A DNA stretch of 25,246 bases from a virus (lineage: Duplodnaviria > Caudoviricetes): positions 1-25,246 of IMG/VR virus record IMGVR_UViG_3300033076_001202. One strand, written 5' to 3'. Under the pieces are notes generated by a model. That model made no database searches and had not been told where the DNA came from. It saw only the letters and a list, made by a program, of their open reading frames with translations. Below, one piece after another: positions 1 through 8,924 of the stretch; position 1 is the stretch's first letter, and each line of letters starts with the position of its first letter. A program made the position numbers and the translations under genes.

Positions 1-228
1 TTTTTTTTCGTCGCCGACTTCTGTTCTACCACCAGTTCTAGTAATATCGATTCGAACAACGCCTGCATCTTTTGCAGTAAATGATTGTTTTTTCATGATC
101 GTTTGTTTCAATTCTTTTGTAAAAACAGCACGATCGCGGTCAGTTACTTTACCTAAATCTATAGATAATTTACCACCTTGTTCAAATAAAAATTTACGAA
201 TGATATTTTCTAATAAAAATTTTTGCAT
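1..228 (-). CDS. Hypothetical protein, 3'-truncated by window edge; putative capsid-internal protein (L-x-E leader)
   Basis: Not in ORF track. ATG at 228 reads MQKFLLENIIRKFLFEQGGKLSIDLGKVTDRDRAVF... open to position 1. ATATTTAT motif lies just upstream (245-252). N-terminus resembles that of 23470..24525. Confidence 0.8.
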   Translation of the reverse strand, partial: MQKFLLENIIRKFLFEQGGKLSIDLGKVTDRDRAVFTKELKQTIMKKQSFTAKDAGVVRIDITRTGGRTEVGDEKK

Positions 229-244
229 TTCAATCCAATTTTAT

Positions 245-252
245 ATAAATAT
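245..252 (-). promoter_or_regulatory. Putative late promoter ATATTTAT (class B)
   Basis: ATATTTATAT on coding strand in the short gap upstream of ATG 228; one of 10 intergenic copies. Confidence 0.7.
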
Positions 253-255
253 GTA

Positions 256-792
256 TCACCAATCAACCATGACCATTTTACCATTCCACATCATGATGTT
301 ATCTGAACGGAAATCTAAATCTAATTCAAATTCTGGTATATTTAATTTTACAATATCTGCTTGTAGTGCATTTAAGAAATTATCCAACATCGGATCTAAA
401 TTATCAGTTTCATTAATAAATTCAAAAATAGAAACTTCGCCACCTTCATCTCTTGCAAATGAAGCAAAATCTTCCATAAATAAGTCAATTGATTTTTTAA
501 CACGTGCTGGCAAATCAGATGCATTTGCCATTATATACATATTTTTACCATCAACATAATATACCGGAATAAAAGTTGTAAAATCATTGTATCGATCTAC
601 AATAATATTTGCAACTTCATATTCATCTCGTTCTTGTGTGATTTTAAAAACTTTATCTTCTCCGTCAATTTCATAAACACGTCCATTATCGCCAGCGGCA
701 ATAAAACGAAATTGTTTGTTTCGTATTTTATCTAAACAACGTTTTAAATCTGATTCAGACATTTCTTGAAGAAGTTGTTTTAAGCGTATCAT
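256..792 (-). CDS. Minimal protein-kinase-like fold protein
   Basis: Gly-rich loop IAAGDNGRVY, beta3 Lys (KVFK), helix-C Glu (RDEYE), catalytic loop DLDFRSDNIM, and Mg-binding VMVDW at the extreme C-terminus. Confidence 0.75.
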   Translation of the reverse strand: MIRLKQLLQEMSESDLKRCLDKIRNKQFRFIAAGDNGRVYEIDGEDKVFKITQERDEYEVANIIVDRYNDFTTFIPVYYVDGKNMYIMANASDLPARVKKSIDLFMEDFASFARDEGGEVSIFEFINETDNLDPMLDNFLNALQADIVKLNIPEFELDLDFRSDNIMMWNGKMVMVDW

Positions 793-794
793 TA

Positions 795-2369
795 TTATTC
801 CTTAATTGAAATGTTTTTATCTAAATCAATTCGAATCATGAAATTCATATCAACATCATTTCTTTTACGAATTGGTTGTGCTAATTTACCAATAGCCAAT
901 AATTGGCCTGCATCATTATATAAACCAATTGTAGTTATATATGGAGCAAATGAACTACCACTAACGAATGGTAGATATGTTGAATCATCATCACGTGTCA
1001 ATGTTAAATTAGTTGACATATTAAAATCGCCAGAATCCATTCTAGTAACAACATTCATTTCGTGAATTGTTACAGTACTTTTATATGATGCTGAATATGC
1101 CGTAGTAATGATATCATTATAACGATAATCTGGAGATGATATCACAACAATTCCCTGTTTATCAAAAACAGTACCTACAATATTAGTTTGTAATAAAGTG
1201 CCACCTTCATTACGGTTGCTTAAAGAACTTATATTAGCACCTGTCAGTGACTTATTAAAGATTCTAACTTCATCTAAATATGCGTTTACGTTTGAGCTTT
1301 GGCTATTAAAACCGCCTATATATAAATCACTTGTATTATCTATACGAGCAGAAGCTGTAAACGGAGAGAAAGTATTAATTAATAAATCATTAGATGCAGA
1401 TGCATGCAATGTTCCATTAATATACATTTGCATCCAACTTCCAGATTTTTGACAAACAACATGGGTCCAAGAACTAGAAACTGCAATAGAAGATGTTAAT
1501 TGTGCTTTAAACTCAGTACTACCTGCTATTGAAAATACAATTTGTTTACTACCACTTAATTCAACTTTAAATGGATATGATGGTTGCAAACTACTTGATG
1601 CTTTTGCTAATATCAATTGATTACCTGTTCCGGTATTAGAACTAGTTATAAAAAACGAAATTGCATAATCATGATCGCGGTCATAATAACCAGATAGCGA
1701 ATCGCGAATATATCCAGCTCCTGAAAATTTTGCAGCATAACCAATTGAACCTTGAGCGCCATTATTAGTAGTAACGCCGGGTTCATATGTTACACCTACC
1801 GATTCATATTGAATTCTAGTAGTATCAAAATATTCATTAAACCCTTCATAATATCTATAGCCCGTTACAAATGAACTAGTATTATAAGATACATCATAAA
1901 CATTTCCGTAACGATCACTTGCTAAATTTACTACAGATCCTGTTAATGTAAATGACCTAGGTTTAATACCTTCTCCAACTTTAACTTGTGGAAATGAAAG
2001 TATCGATGCACTCTGAAATAAAAACTTTTTTGTTAAATTTAAATCAGTTGGTCCATATGTTTTAGCAGGTTCTTTTTTATTTTTATAGAATAAATGATTA
2101 ATAGAAAAATATGTTAATGTTTGCAATGTTCCATCAACATTTGTAGCATCATTATATGTTAAGTTTGTTCCTAATGCAGGTAAATTATTAACATCTGAAT
2201 ATATACCAATTAATGGTAAGACACTTCCAGTACTACTACCAGATATTACATTCCAAGTTTTAAATGCTTGAAATGGATTAATTGAAATATCGGATGTATC
2301 TATCTTTTTAAAGACAGTTGGATACACACCTTTATATTCATCTTGATTTTTTATTCTAGTTTCGGCCAT
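795..2369 (-). CDS. Virion tail/baseplate protein with LamG (concanavalin A-like) domain and tail-collar-like C-terminus
   Basis: LamG motifs WTHVVCQK..MYINGTL..LYIGG..YLDEVRIFNKSLT; C-terminal PYITTIGLYNDAGQLLAIGKLAQPIRK; located in structural module. Confidence 0.75.
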   Translation of the reverse strand: MAETRIKNQDEYKGVYPTVFKKIDTSDISINPFQAFKTWNVISGSSTGSVLPLIGIYSDVNNLPALGTNLTYNDATNVDGTLQTLTYFSINHLFYKNKKEPAKTYGPTDLNLTKKFLFQSASILSFPQVKVGEGIKPRSFTLTGSVVNLASDRYGNVYDVSYNTSSFVTGYRYYEGFNEYFDTTRIQYESVGVTYEPGVTTNNGAQGSIGYAAKFSGAGYIRDSLSGYYDRDHDYAISFFITSSNTGTGNQLILAKASSSLQPSYPFKVELSGSKQIVFSIAGSTEFKAQLTSSIAVSSSWTHVVCQKSGSWMQMYINGTLHASASNDLLINTFSPFTASARIDNTSDLYIGGFNSQSSNVNAYLDEVRIFNKSLTGANISSLSNRNEGGTLLQTNIVGTVFDKQGIVVISSPDYRYNDIITTAYSASYKSTVTIHEMNVVTRMDSGDFNMSTNLTLTRDDDSTYLPFVSGSSFAPYITTIGLYNDAGQLLAIGKLAQPIRKRNDVDMNFMIRIDLDKNISIKE

Positions 2370-2376
2370 ATTCAGT

Positions 2377-2412
2377 AAAAACCCCGCTACATTTTATATA
2401 AATATAACGGGG
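2377..2412 (-). terminator. Intrinsic terminator containing a class-B promoter motif
   Basis: Minus-strand RNA CCCCGUUAUAUUU-AUAUA-AAAUGUAGCGGGG (13-bp stem, 2 G-U pairs) followed by UUUUU, just after the stop of 2431..3732. Confidence 0.75.
2398..2405 (-). promoter_or_regulatory. Putative late promoter ATATTTAT (class B)
   Basis: ATATTTATAT upstream of ATG 2369, inside the terminator hairpin. Confidence 0.7.
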
Positions 2413-2430
2413 CTTAAATCTGCGGTTAAT

Positions 2431-3732
2431 TTAGAAATCTAATTTAACTCGTATAAGTGCTTCTCTTTGGAATGATTTTAATAATGGTTTAGAAAGTTTT
2501 GCTACTGCTAACAATTCTTGACGATCATTATATAAACCTACTGTAGTAATATATGTTTTAGGATCACCTACAAAAGTCGATTGTGCAATTTGACCAACTG
2601 AACCTGTTACATATGATGGATTATTTGAGAAATTATATTCAGCATTTTTAATTCTTACAAAATAATGTGTGCTTGTTACTTTTTCAGAATTACGTGCTTG
2701 GAATCCGTATGGGTCACTTGTTTGTGGGTCTGTGAAATAACTAGATCCAGAAATTGAATGGAATAATACAAAGTGATTATTTCCTTCTGAACTAGATCCT
2801 GTATTAGTTGCAAAACCTAATTGTTGATCTAACATTTTTCCATCTAAGATTAATGTTCCATGATCTGGATATGCTAAACCATAATATACCGGTGCATTTG
2901 GATTATGAATACCACTTGAAATAGAACCTGATACAATATTATAAATTTTACCAGAATCTCCAATTCTAGGATTTGCTACAGATGAATCATCGATTAATTT
3001 AATTACACCTGAACCCGTTGCTACAGAACCTGTTGCATTAGTTGCTCTAGAAGAAATTGCTACTAATGGTAATTCCCAATTACCTGCATCTAAACGTTCT
3101 TTTAAACGATTACGTTTAAAGTTTATTACATAAATATAATCTGTACTACCAGATCCTGCAGTCGTAAAACGAGTATCACTAGGATTCAATAGTAATTGAC
3201 GATATTGAGAATAAACTGCTTTCGATGGAGAATCATTAAGTTGACCTTGCGAGTCAGATCCACTACCTAAAGCGTGGCCAAATGCTAATGAAAATTGTAC
3301 TGCCGAACCTGTAGCTGCCGGTGTTTTTTGTAATACATCAACGTAATAAGATCTTTGAGCATTTGTTTGAGTAGAAGAAGTAAAGAATGTTGTTAAACTT
3401 GCGATACCATCACTCCAAACACCTGCTGTTACAACTTCTGTTTGATTTGATACGATATCATTTACTACATCAAATTTTGTAAATGTACGGCCATTTCTTG
3501 CAATTACTTGAGATTGTTGCATTTCAGCAACCATTTGATTTGCTAATTGTTGAGCCAATTGTTGCACTTGCTCATTTATAATAGCAGTTCCAGCTGCTGC
3601 TGGTGCTGGGGTAGCAGCTACCGGCGTTCTAGAAGCTTGATTAGCTTGTCCAACAGCCGTTAACAAATTCCTAGGAACACCCCCTTGGCGTGGTTGTTGT
3701 TTTAATGTTTCAATGAAATTTTTCATTTTCAT
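2431..3732 (-). CDS. Virion baseplate/tail protein with tail-collar-like C-terminus
   Basis: C-terminus TYITTVGLYNDRQELLAVAKLSKPLLK is paralogous to 795..2369. Start placed at ATG 3732 behind AGGTCAAAAC (same leader as the upstream gene); track start is 3753. Confidence 0.7.
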   Translation of the reverse strand: MKMKNFIETLKQQPRQGGVPRNLLTAVGQANQASRTPVAATPAPAAAGTAIINEQVQQLAQQLANQMVAEMQQSQVIARNGRTFTKFDVVNDIVSNQTEVVTAGVWSDGIASLTTFFTSSTQTNAQRSYYVDVLQKTPAATGSAVQFSLAFGHALGSGSDSQGQLNDSPSKAVYSQYRQLLLNPSDTRFTTAGSGSTDYIYVINFKRNRLKERLDAGNWELPLVAISSRATNATGSVATGSGVIKLIDDSSVANPRIGDSGKIYNIVSGSISSGIHNPNAPVYYGLAYPDHGTLILDGKMLDQQLGFATNTGSSSEGNNHFVLFHSISGSSYFTDPQTSDPYGFQARNSEKVTSTHYFVRIKNAEYNFSNNPSYVTGSVGQIAQSTFVGDPKTYITTVGLYNDRQELLAVAKLSKPLLKSFQREALIRVKLDF

Positions 3733-3745
3733 GTTTTGACCTATA

Positions 3746-4402
3746 TTATACATTTGTTGTGACTGCAGTTACTTGTTTAACAGTTAAATTAATAGTAACG
3801 CTACCACCAGTTTCATTACCAATAATTGTAATTGTAGCAGTTTTATCTGATAAGTTTTGTGTTTTTGCAATAATACGGAAACCAAATCCTGCAACTGCAA
3901 TACTTTGAGCATCTTCATTATCGCCAATAAATCTAGGCGTAGTTGGTAATACTGTATTTTGAACTGCTTGAGTAACTTGAATGTCTGCTACTGAAGAATC
4001 TGATAATATCGCAGTATATCCTAAATTACTATTACCGCCTTGCATATTACTTGTATTCGGAGTAATTACAGCGCTATCGCCAGGAGCATTTAATGTAATA
4101 GCAGTATTTCCTACATTAATAACTGGAATATTTGTTGTTTGTTTCGGTAATGTAATTAACTTATAACGAAGAGCTTGAGTTTCATCAGGAATTGCTTCAG
4201 TTATTGGCATATTTTCAATAATAGTACCATAATAATCAGTTCCTAGCGGATGATCTGGATTCCATAATGAATAATCAATTTCATCATCGCCTACTGCGAA
4301 TTGTGTAATGTTAAACGCATTACCGCCTTTTGCTAAAAGTTCACGCCCTTTTAATGTTAAAATGGCATCAACTGTAACACTAGTATTATCTAAATATCCC
4401 AT
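3746..4402 (-). CDS. Virion structural protein, tail-collar-like N-terminus
   Basis: AILTLKGRELLAKGG..FNITQFAVGD resembles the N-terminus of phage tail-collar/fibre domains; beta-rich Ig-like C-terminal half; leader AAGGTCAAAAT. Confidence 0.65.
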   Translation of the reverse strand: MGYLDNTSVTVDAILTLKGRELLAKGGNAFNITQFAVGDDEIDYSLWNPDHPLGTDYYGTIIENMPITEAIPDETQALRYKLITLPKQTTNIPVINVGNTAITLNAPGDSAVITPNTSNMQGGNSNLGYTAILSDSSVADIQVTQAVQNTVLPTTPRFIGDNEDAQSIAVAGFGFRIIAKTQNLSDKTATITIIGNETGGSVTINLTVKQVTAVTTNV

Positions 4403-4421
4403 ATTTTGACCTTAATTTTAT

Positions 4422-4429
4422 ATAAATAT
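4422..4429 (-). promoter_or_regulatory. Putative late promoter ATATTTAT (class B)
   Basis: ATATTTATAT in the gap upstream of ATG 4402. Confidence 0.7.
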
Positions 4430-4449
4430 ACATTTTGTAATTTTTATCA

Positions 4450-7400
4450 TCAAACTAATCTAAAACTACCTTGACTGTTATTTTGATTTTGATATATCAA
4501 TTGGTTCGGATTAGCAGTTCGCCATTCAACAACTGGACCTCCATCTACAGTTTGTGTTGAATTAACATTAAATGCTGGCGATGTCATTTTAGTACCATCA
4601 TATCGTTGACGATCAATACCAATTGGTAAATAATCTTGTACTTGTGCTAATATCCCAGTAAATCCAGAACCCGTAGGATTACTAAAATAAACCGAGGTAC
4701 CATAAGTACCAGTTCCAAATGTAGTACCCCCTCCGGCAGATCCGGTCTCATATGTAACAGACTGAGATGTTAAACGATACTCAGATTGAACAGCATTTAA
4801 ATATATTGGCTGTAATGCATCACTTAACCAATATGGCGATGATGCCGTAATCCATGTGCTACCAGAGTGTAATAGATATTGATATGAATATGGCGTACCA
4901 TCATATTTGTCTGCTGTAGATGCAGTTAAATACATTTGCCATTGATCATCATCTATACCTTGAATAGTTAATATATCATCTGATATTGAACCATTATATA
5001 ATAAATAAGCACCAAATGATTCAATTTTTGTTTCATCAATTGACGAACTATAATTTGATTCAAATCTATTAATTTTTGGTAATATTGTATCTTTGCTACG
5101 TTCTAATATATTTGGCTGAATTAATAAACCTGTCAATTTATCAGTTCTTGCAGGTAATAATTGTTCTAATTGTCTAAAGAATGATAAATCATATAACGTA
5201 AAGATAGAAATATATGAATTTATATCGTTACGAGATTCATATTTTTTCCAATATGATTGCGCAGTTTGAATTAAATCTGGATATGATTTTAAATCCAATT
5301 GACCCGGGTCACCTATATATTGATCTAATTCAGTGAAGCCTAATTGTGCAATGATATCTTCATTGATCATTGTTTGAGGAGAAAAATATACTCCTAATTT
5401 TTTACTATCTAATGGAGCTTTATCAAATTGACTTCTTTCTGCTCTAGTTGCAATATCTAATGTTCCAACTAATTCATTTGATTCTAAACGAATTTTATTA
5501 TCATCAAAAGTTCCAGCGCCTAATGATATTGCATCATAATAATATATTTCTTCGATTGAATTATATGGTGTATTTAATGTCCATGACGCAAATGATGCTG
5601 AAATACTAGAAGATTGAGGTTGCACTCCAGTTAAACTAGATGTTGCTGCATGATTTATATTTTGAGTTAATGGCAATCTAAATATCAATTCTTGATATGC
5701 ATCTACATTACCATCATATGCTGCAGGAGCTTTTGTGTGATTTTCAAACGGCGCAGTTTGTAAACTAGATGACCACAATCTTAATTCTTGTAGTTGTCCT
5801 AATAATCTACTTGCACCTGTACTAGTACCACCTAATGTTAATGTACCAGTGCTACTAAATGATGCTGTAGCTGATGCAGAAACCGTTGTTACAATTTTTC
5901 CATATTTAGATTTTTTAGCTATTAAATCTAAATTAGTCCCATTTGTTCTTAATACAGTATTAACCCAATCACCGTTGAATAACTCAAATGCACCAGAACT
6001 AGTTCCATTAATTTGTATAACACCTAATGTACCGCTACTAAAATCTATAGTAACTGTATTTGAACCTATCGTATATAGATTCATTGTTGATGGCATTGCT
6101 GGATTTTTTATTACATCGTCTGTTCGAAAACGTAATTCTACTGACTGAATAGGCTGTGTATAATTTACAGTAACCGTACCTGCTGCACTACTACTTAAAT
6201 CTAAAGCATAATCAAAATTTAATTTTTCATATACAGGAGCACGTTCTAATCTTGGTCCACCATATTCATTAATACTTATAAATGATTGAGGAATTCCATA
6301 ACAAGATAATAATGCTTGTACGCTTCGTTTCGTACCTTTTGATTTTAATAATAAAGGCAAGTTATTTACAATTCGTCTCCAAATTGTAGCAGTCATATTC
6401 TTACCAGAAACTGACGGATCGCCAATTGTATTTGATCCAGTTAATGGAGTGCCAGCTTCATTTGTTCCTAAAACATATTGCCATAATTCTTGTCCCTGAT
6501 TTCCATCAGTTAAATTCCATCCAAATTGTTTTGCTACAGAATATAACAATTCATTTGGCATACCAAGTTTAGGATTTTCTTCTCGTTTATTAATACGAGT
6601 CATATGATTAATATATGTATACATTATATCATAATGCTGACCTAACATATCAACGAATGACAACATATCAGAATTCGTAGAATCAAATCTAATAAATTCT
6701 GGAATTGCATAACGAAGAGCATTATAGTTTAATGTGTCATATAATGATGCTGAACTATAAATTCCATTGAACCAATTTTTAAATGTAGTACTATTAGTTG
6801 AAACTAATGTGTATGGAATAGATGCATTTGTTTTAGGAACTGGAGTTACATAGCTACCAGTTAATTGTTTAACATATGCATTTTCATTAGGAATATCATA
6901 TGTTGTTAATCTAGACGATGATTCATAGTATAAATACTTTTCAAAATCATCAAAACCTCCGATTAGTGCAGCTTTTGAACTTTCATAATCTGCTACGTTT
7001 GTTGTAGCAACACTACCAGAAATTTGAGATACAACTTGACTTTGTGAAGTATAATATTCTAATAACGTTAATTTATATTTAAAGTTTTCTAAACGTTCAG
7101 TTGCCGAACTGTAAAATATAAAATTATTAAAATCAGAATAATCAATGTTTAATTTAACACCAGCTAACGAACCAGAAAAATATGAATCTACAATTTGTTG
7201 CGATGTTTGTGTTGTAGTTCCTAATAAATCTGTCCAAGCTTTAAACCCTGTCTCAGTTGTAGTATTATAAATTGCATTTGCATACCAATTTGGATTAGAA
7301 AGTTTTTTAAACTGTTTTTCTGGTACTTTTGGTAATATTGCAACTTTATCAATATATGTTGGGCGTAATTCTTCTACAATCCAACATTTGAAATCAACAT

Positions 7401-8040
7401 TAATATCTTGTGGTAATGGTTCATATAATTTTAAATAAACATACTCTCCAATTACGACACTATTAACAATAACTGCAGTTTTATTTCTGCTAAAATTTAA
7501 AATGTATGTTTTATAAAATTTACCAGATGTTGGTTGTACTGTTTCAATATATTCAACTAACTGTTGAATGAATATTGGATTTTCATCATCGATAGCCTTT
7601 AAACGAATTTCCGTACGATCTGGCGAAATTTCATCTATTCGAACATATTGTTCATTATAATTTCCTAAAATATTTTTAAAGAAATTAACTGCTATTTTAA
7701 AATTACCTGAAGTAAGTTTTAATTTAGAAAATTCATTATATAAATCAAATCCTATAGGATTACCAGGTAAATTTAAATTTCTTTTTGAATTTTTATTTTG
7801 GTAACTTGGAAGTTTATCTAATAATTGTACTTGATGATTTCCAGTAATCCATGTATCATTACTATATACATGCATCTCAACTTTAACAGTTTCATTTGGT
7901 CTAGAAAGCAATGGTACTGGAACAACGCGTGTATCTTTATCATAACTAAAAAATTCAGTTTTAGATTTAGTTATTCTTTGAGCAGTAACTGCCTTTGTTG
8001 CAGATGTAATTTCTTCAATATTTTTATACTGCGTTAACAT
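4450..8040 (-). CDS. Large baseplate wedge protein (T4 gp7 / P2 gpI-like core, LamG-like insert)
   Basis: 1196 aa; IPEFIR..FVDMLGQHYD..LYSVAKQFGW..RRIVNNLPLLLKSKGTKRSVQALL is typical of gpI/gp7-like wedge proteins; LQELRLWSS LamG-like motif; downstream of gp25/gp6-like genes. Confidence 0.7.
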   Translation of the reverse strand: MLTQYKNIEEITSATKAVTAQRITKSKTEFFSYDKDTRVVPVPLLSRPNETVKVEMHVYSNDTWITGNHQVQLLDKLPSYQNKNSKRNLNLPGNPIGFDLYNEFSKLKLTSGNFKIAVNFFKNILGNYNEQYVRIDEISPDRTEIRLKAIDDENPIFIQQLVEYIETVQPTSGKFYKTYILNFSRNKTAVIVNSVVIGEYVYLKLYEPLPQDINVDFKCWIVEELRPTYIDKVAILPKVPEKQFKKLSNPNWYANAIYNTTTETGFKAWTDLLGTTTQTSQQIVDSYFSGSLAGVKLNIDYSDFNNFIFYSSATERLENFKYKLTLLEYYTSQSQVVSQISGSVATTNVADYESSKAALIGGFDDFEKYLYYESSSRLTTYDIPNENAYVKQLTGSYVTPVPKTNASIPYTLVSTNSTTFKNWFNGIYSSASLYDTLNYNALRYAIPEFIRFDSTNSDMLSFVDMLGQHYDIMYTYINHMTRINKREENPKLGMPNELLYSVAKQFGWNLTDGNQGQELWQYVLGTNEAGTPLTGSNTIGDPSVSGKNMTATIWRRIVNNLPLLLKSKGTKRSVQALLSCYGIPQSFISINEYGGPRLERAPVYEKLNFDYALDLSSSAAGTVTVNYTQPIQSVELRFRTDDVIKNPAMPSTMNLYTIGSNTVTIDFSSGTLGVIQINGTSSGAFELFNGDWVNTVLRTNGTNLDLIAKKSKYGKIVTTVSASATASFSSTGTLTLGGTSTGASRLLGQLQELRLWSSSLQTAPFENHTKAPAAYDGNVDAYQELIFRLPLTQNINHAATSSLTGVQPQSSSISASFASWTLNTPYNSIEEIYYYDAISLGAGTFDDNKIRLESNELVGTLDIATRAERSQFDKAPLDSKKLGVYFSPQTMINEDIIAQLGFTELDQYIGDPGQLDLKSYPDLIQTAQSYWKKYESRNDINSYISIFTLYDLSFFRQLEQLLPARTDKLTGLLIQPNILERSKDTILPKINRFESNYSSSIDETKIESFGAYLLYNGSISDDILTIQGIDDDQWQMYLTASTADKYDGTPYSYQYLLHSGSTWITASSPYWLSDALQPIYLNAVQSEYRLTSQSVTYETGSAGGGTTFGTGTYGTSVYFSNPTGSGFTGILAQVQDYLPIGIDRQRYDGTKMTSPAFNVNSTQTVDGGPVVEWRTANPNQLIYQNQNNSQGSFRLV

Positions 8041-8042
8041 AA

Positions 8043-8924
8043 TTATACCACCGATTCAAATTTAACAAATGTTTGATCTGCTAATATTGTATGATTTCTA
8101 TTTTGTTCTTGATCTTCTGCAAAACCTAATACATATATTGATTGTCCTACTAAATCTAACAATGATTCATTTGATATTTGTTCAGAAATATTAGTAGTAT
8201 AAACTCCAGGTTCTGTTACTTTATTATTATTATTTACTTCATTTGGATAAAATGTTGCTGTAATTCTATTAGAACCATTCACATTGCCATTTTCTCCAAC
8301 TGCTAAGAAAAATCCAATTTCAGAATTTCTTCTAGCATTATATTGTGTTGTAATAACACCTGTTATTTTTAAATCATTGCCTTCGTCTACTAATTCTTGA
8401 GTAATTGTAAATGAATCTTGATATGTTTGAGTTGGTCCTTGTGTTACATTTGAAAAATCAATTGGCTGAGCTTCATTTGTTTGCAAATCTCCACTTTGTT
8501 TACTAACTCGAACTACTTGTTCATTAGATGAAGGTTTATATGTAGAAGGCGTTAATGGAACAGGTACTGTTGCGAGTGCTGCCTCTAAATCTATATCTAA
8601 TTCTAAATCTAAATTCAAATCTAAATTTTCAGTTACGGTTTGGACTGGGAATTTATAATATTGAAATCTAGTATTAATAACTCGTAATACTGATTTAGTA
8701 GAAATTTGTTCAGTTACTGCATTAATTAATAATTTAGGATTATTTGCAGCATCTTCAACTAAAACAATATTGCCAACATCGTCTCTTGTAATTATATTAG
8801 CATCATTAGAAATATAATCTAAACCATTTTTATAGTATTTTGTTTGTTGTTCTAATGCAACTGCATCAAACAATTTACTAGGGATAGTATTACTATTACC
8901 AACTGGTCGATTTTCTTTTGCCAT
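8043..8924 (-). CDS. Hypothetical virion protein
   Basis: 293 aa ORF coupled (TAATG) to the upstream gene within the baseplate operon; contains LDLNLDLELDIDLE low-complexity linker. Confidence 0.7.
   Translation of the reverse strand: MAKENRPVGNSNTIPSKLFDAVALEQQTKYYKNGLDYISNDANIITRDDVGNIVLVEDAANNPKLLINAVTEQISTKSVLRVINTRFQYYKFPVQTVTENLDLNLDLELDIDLEAALATVPVPLTPSTYKPSSNEQVVRVSKQSGDLQTNEAQPIDFSNVTQGPTQTYQDSFTITQELVDEGNDLKITGVITTQYNARRNSEIGFFLAVGENGNVNGSNRITATFYPNEVNNNNKVTEPGVYTTNISEQISNESLLDLVGQSIYVLGFAEDQEQNRNHTILADQTFVKFESVV

Noticed and set aside
8583-8627. Hexamer-periodic TCTAAA-like repeats
   Set aside because: Encodes the LDLNLDLELDIDLE protein linker; not a CRISPR array or iteron set.
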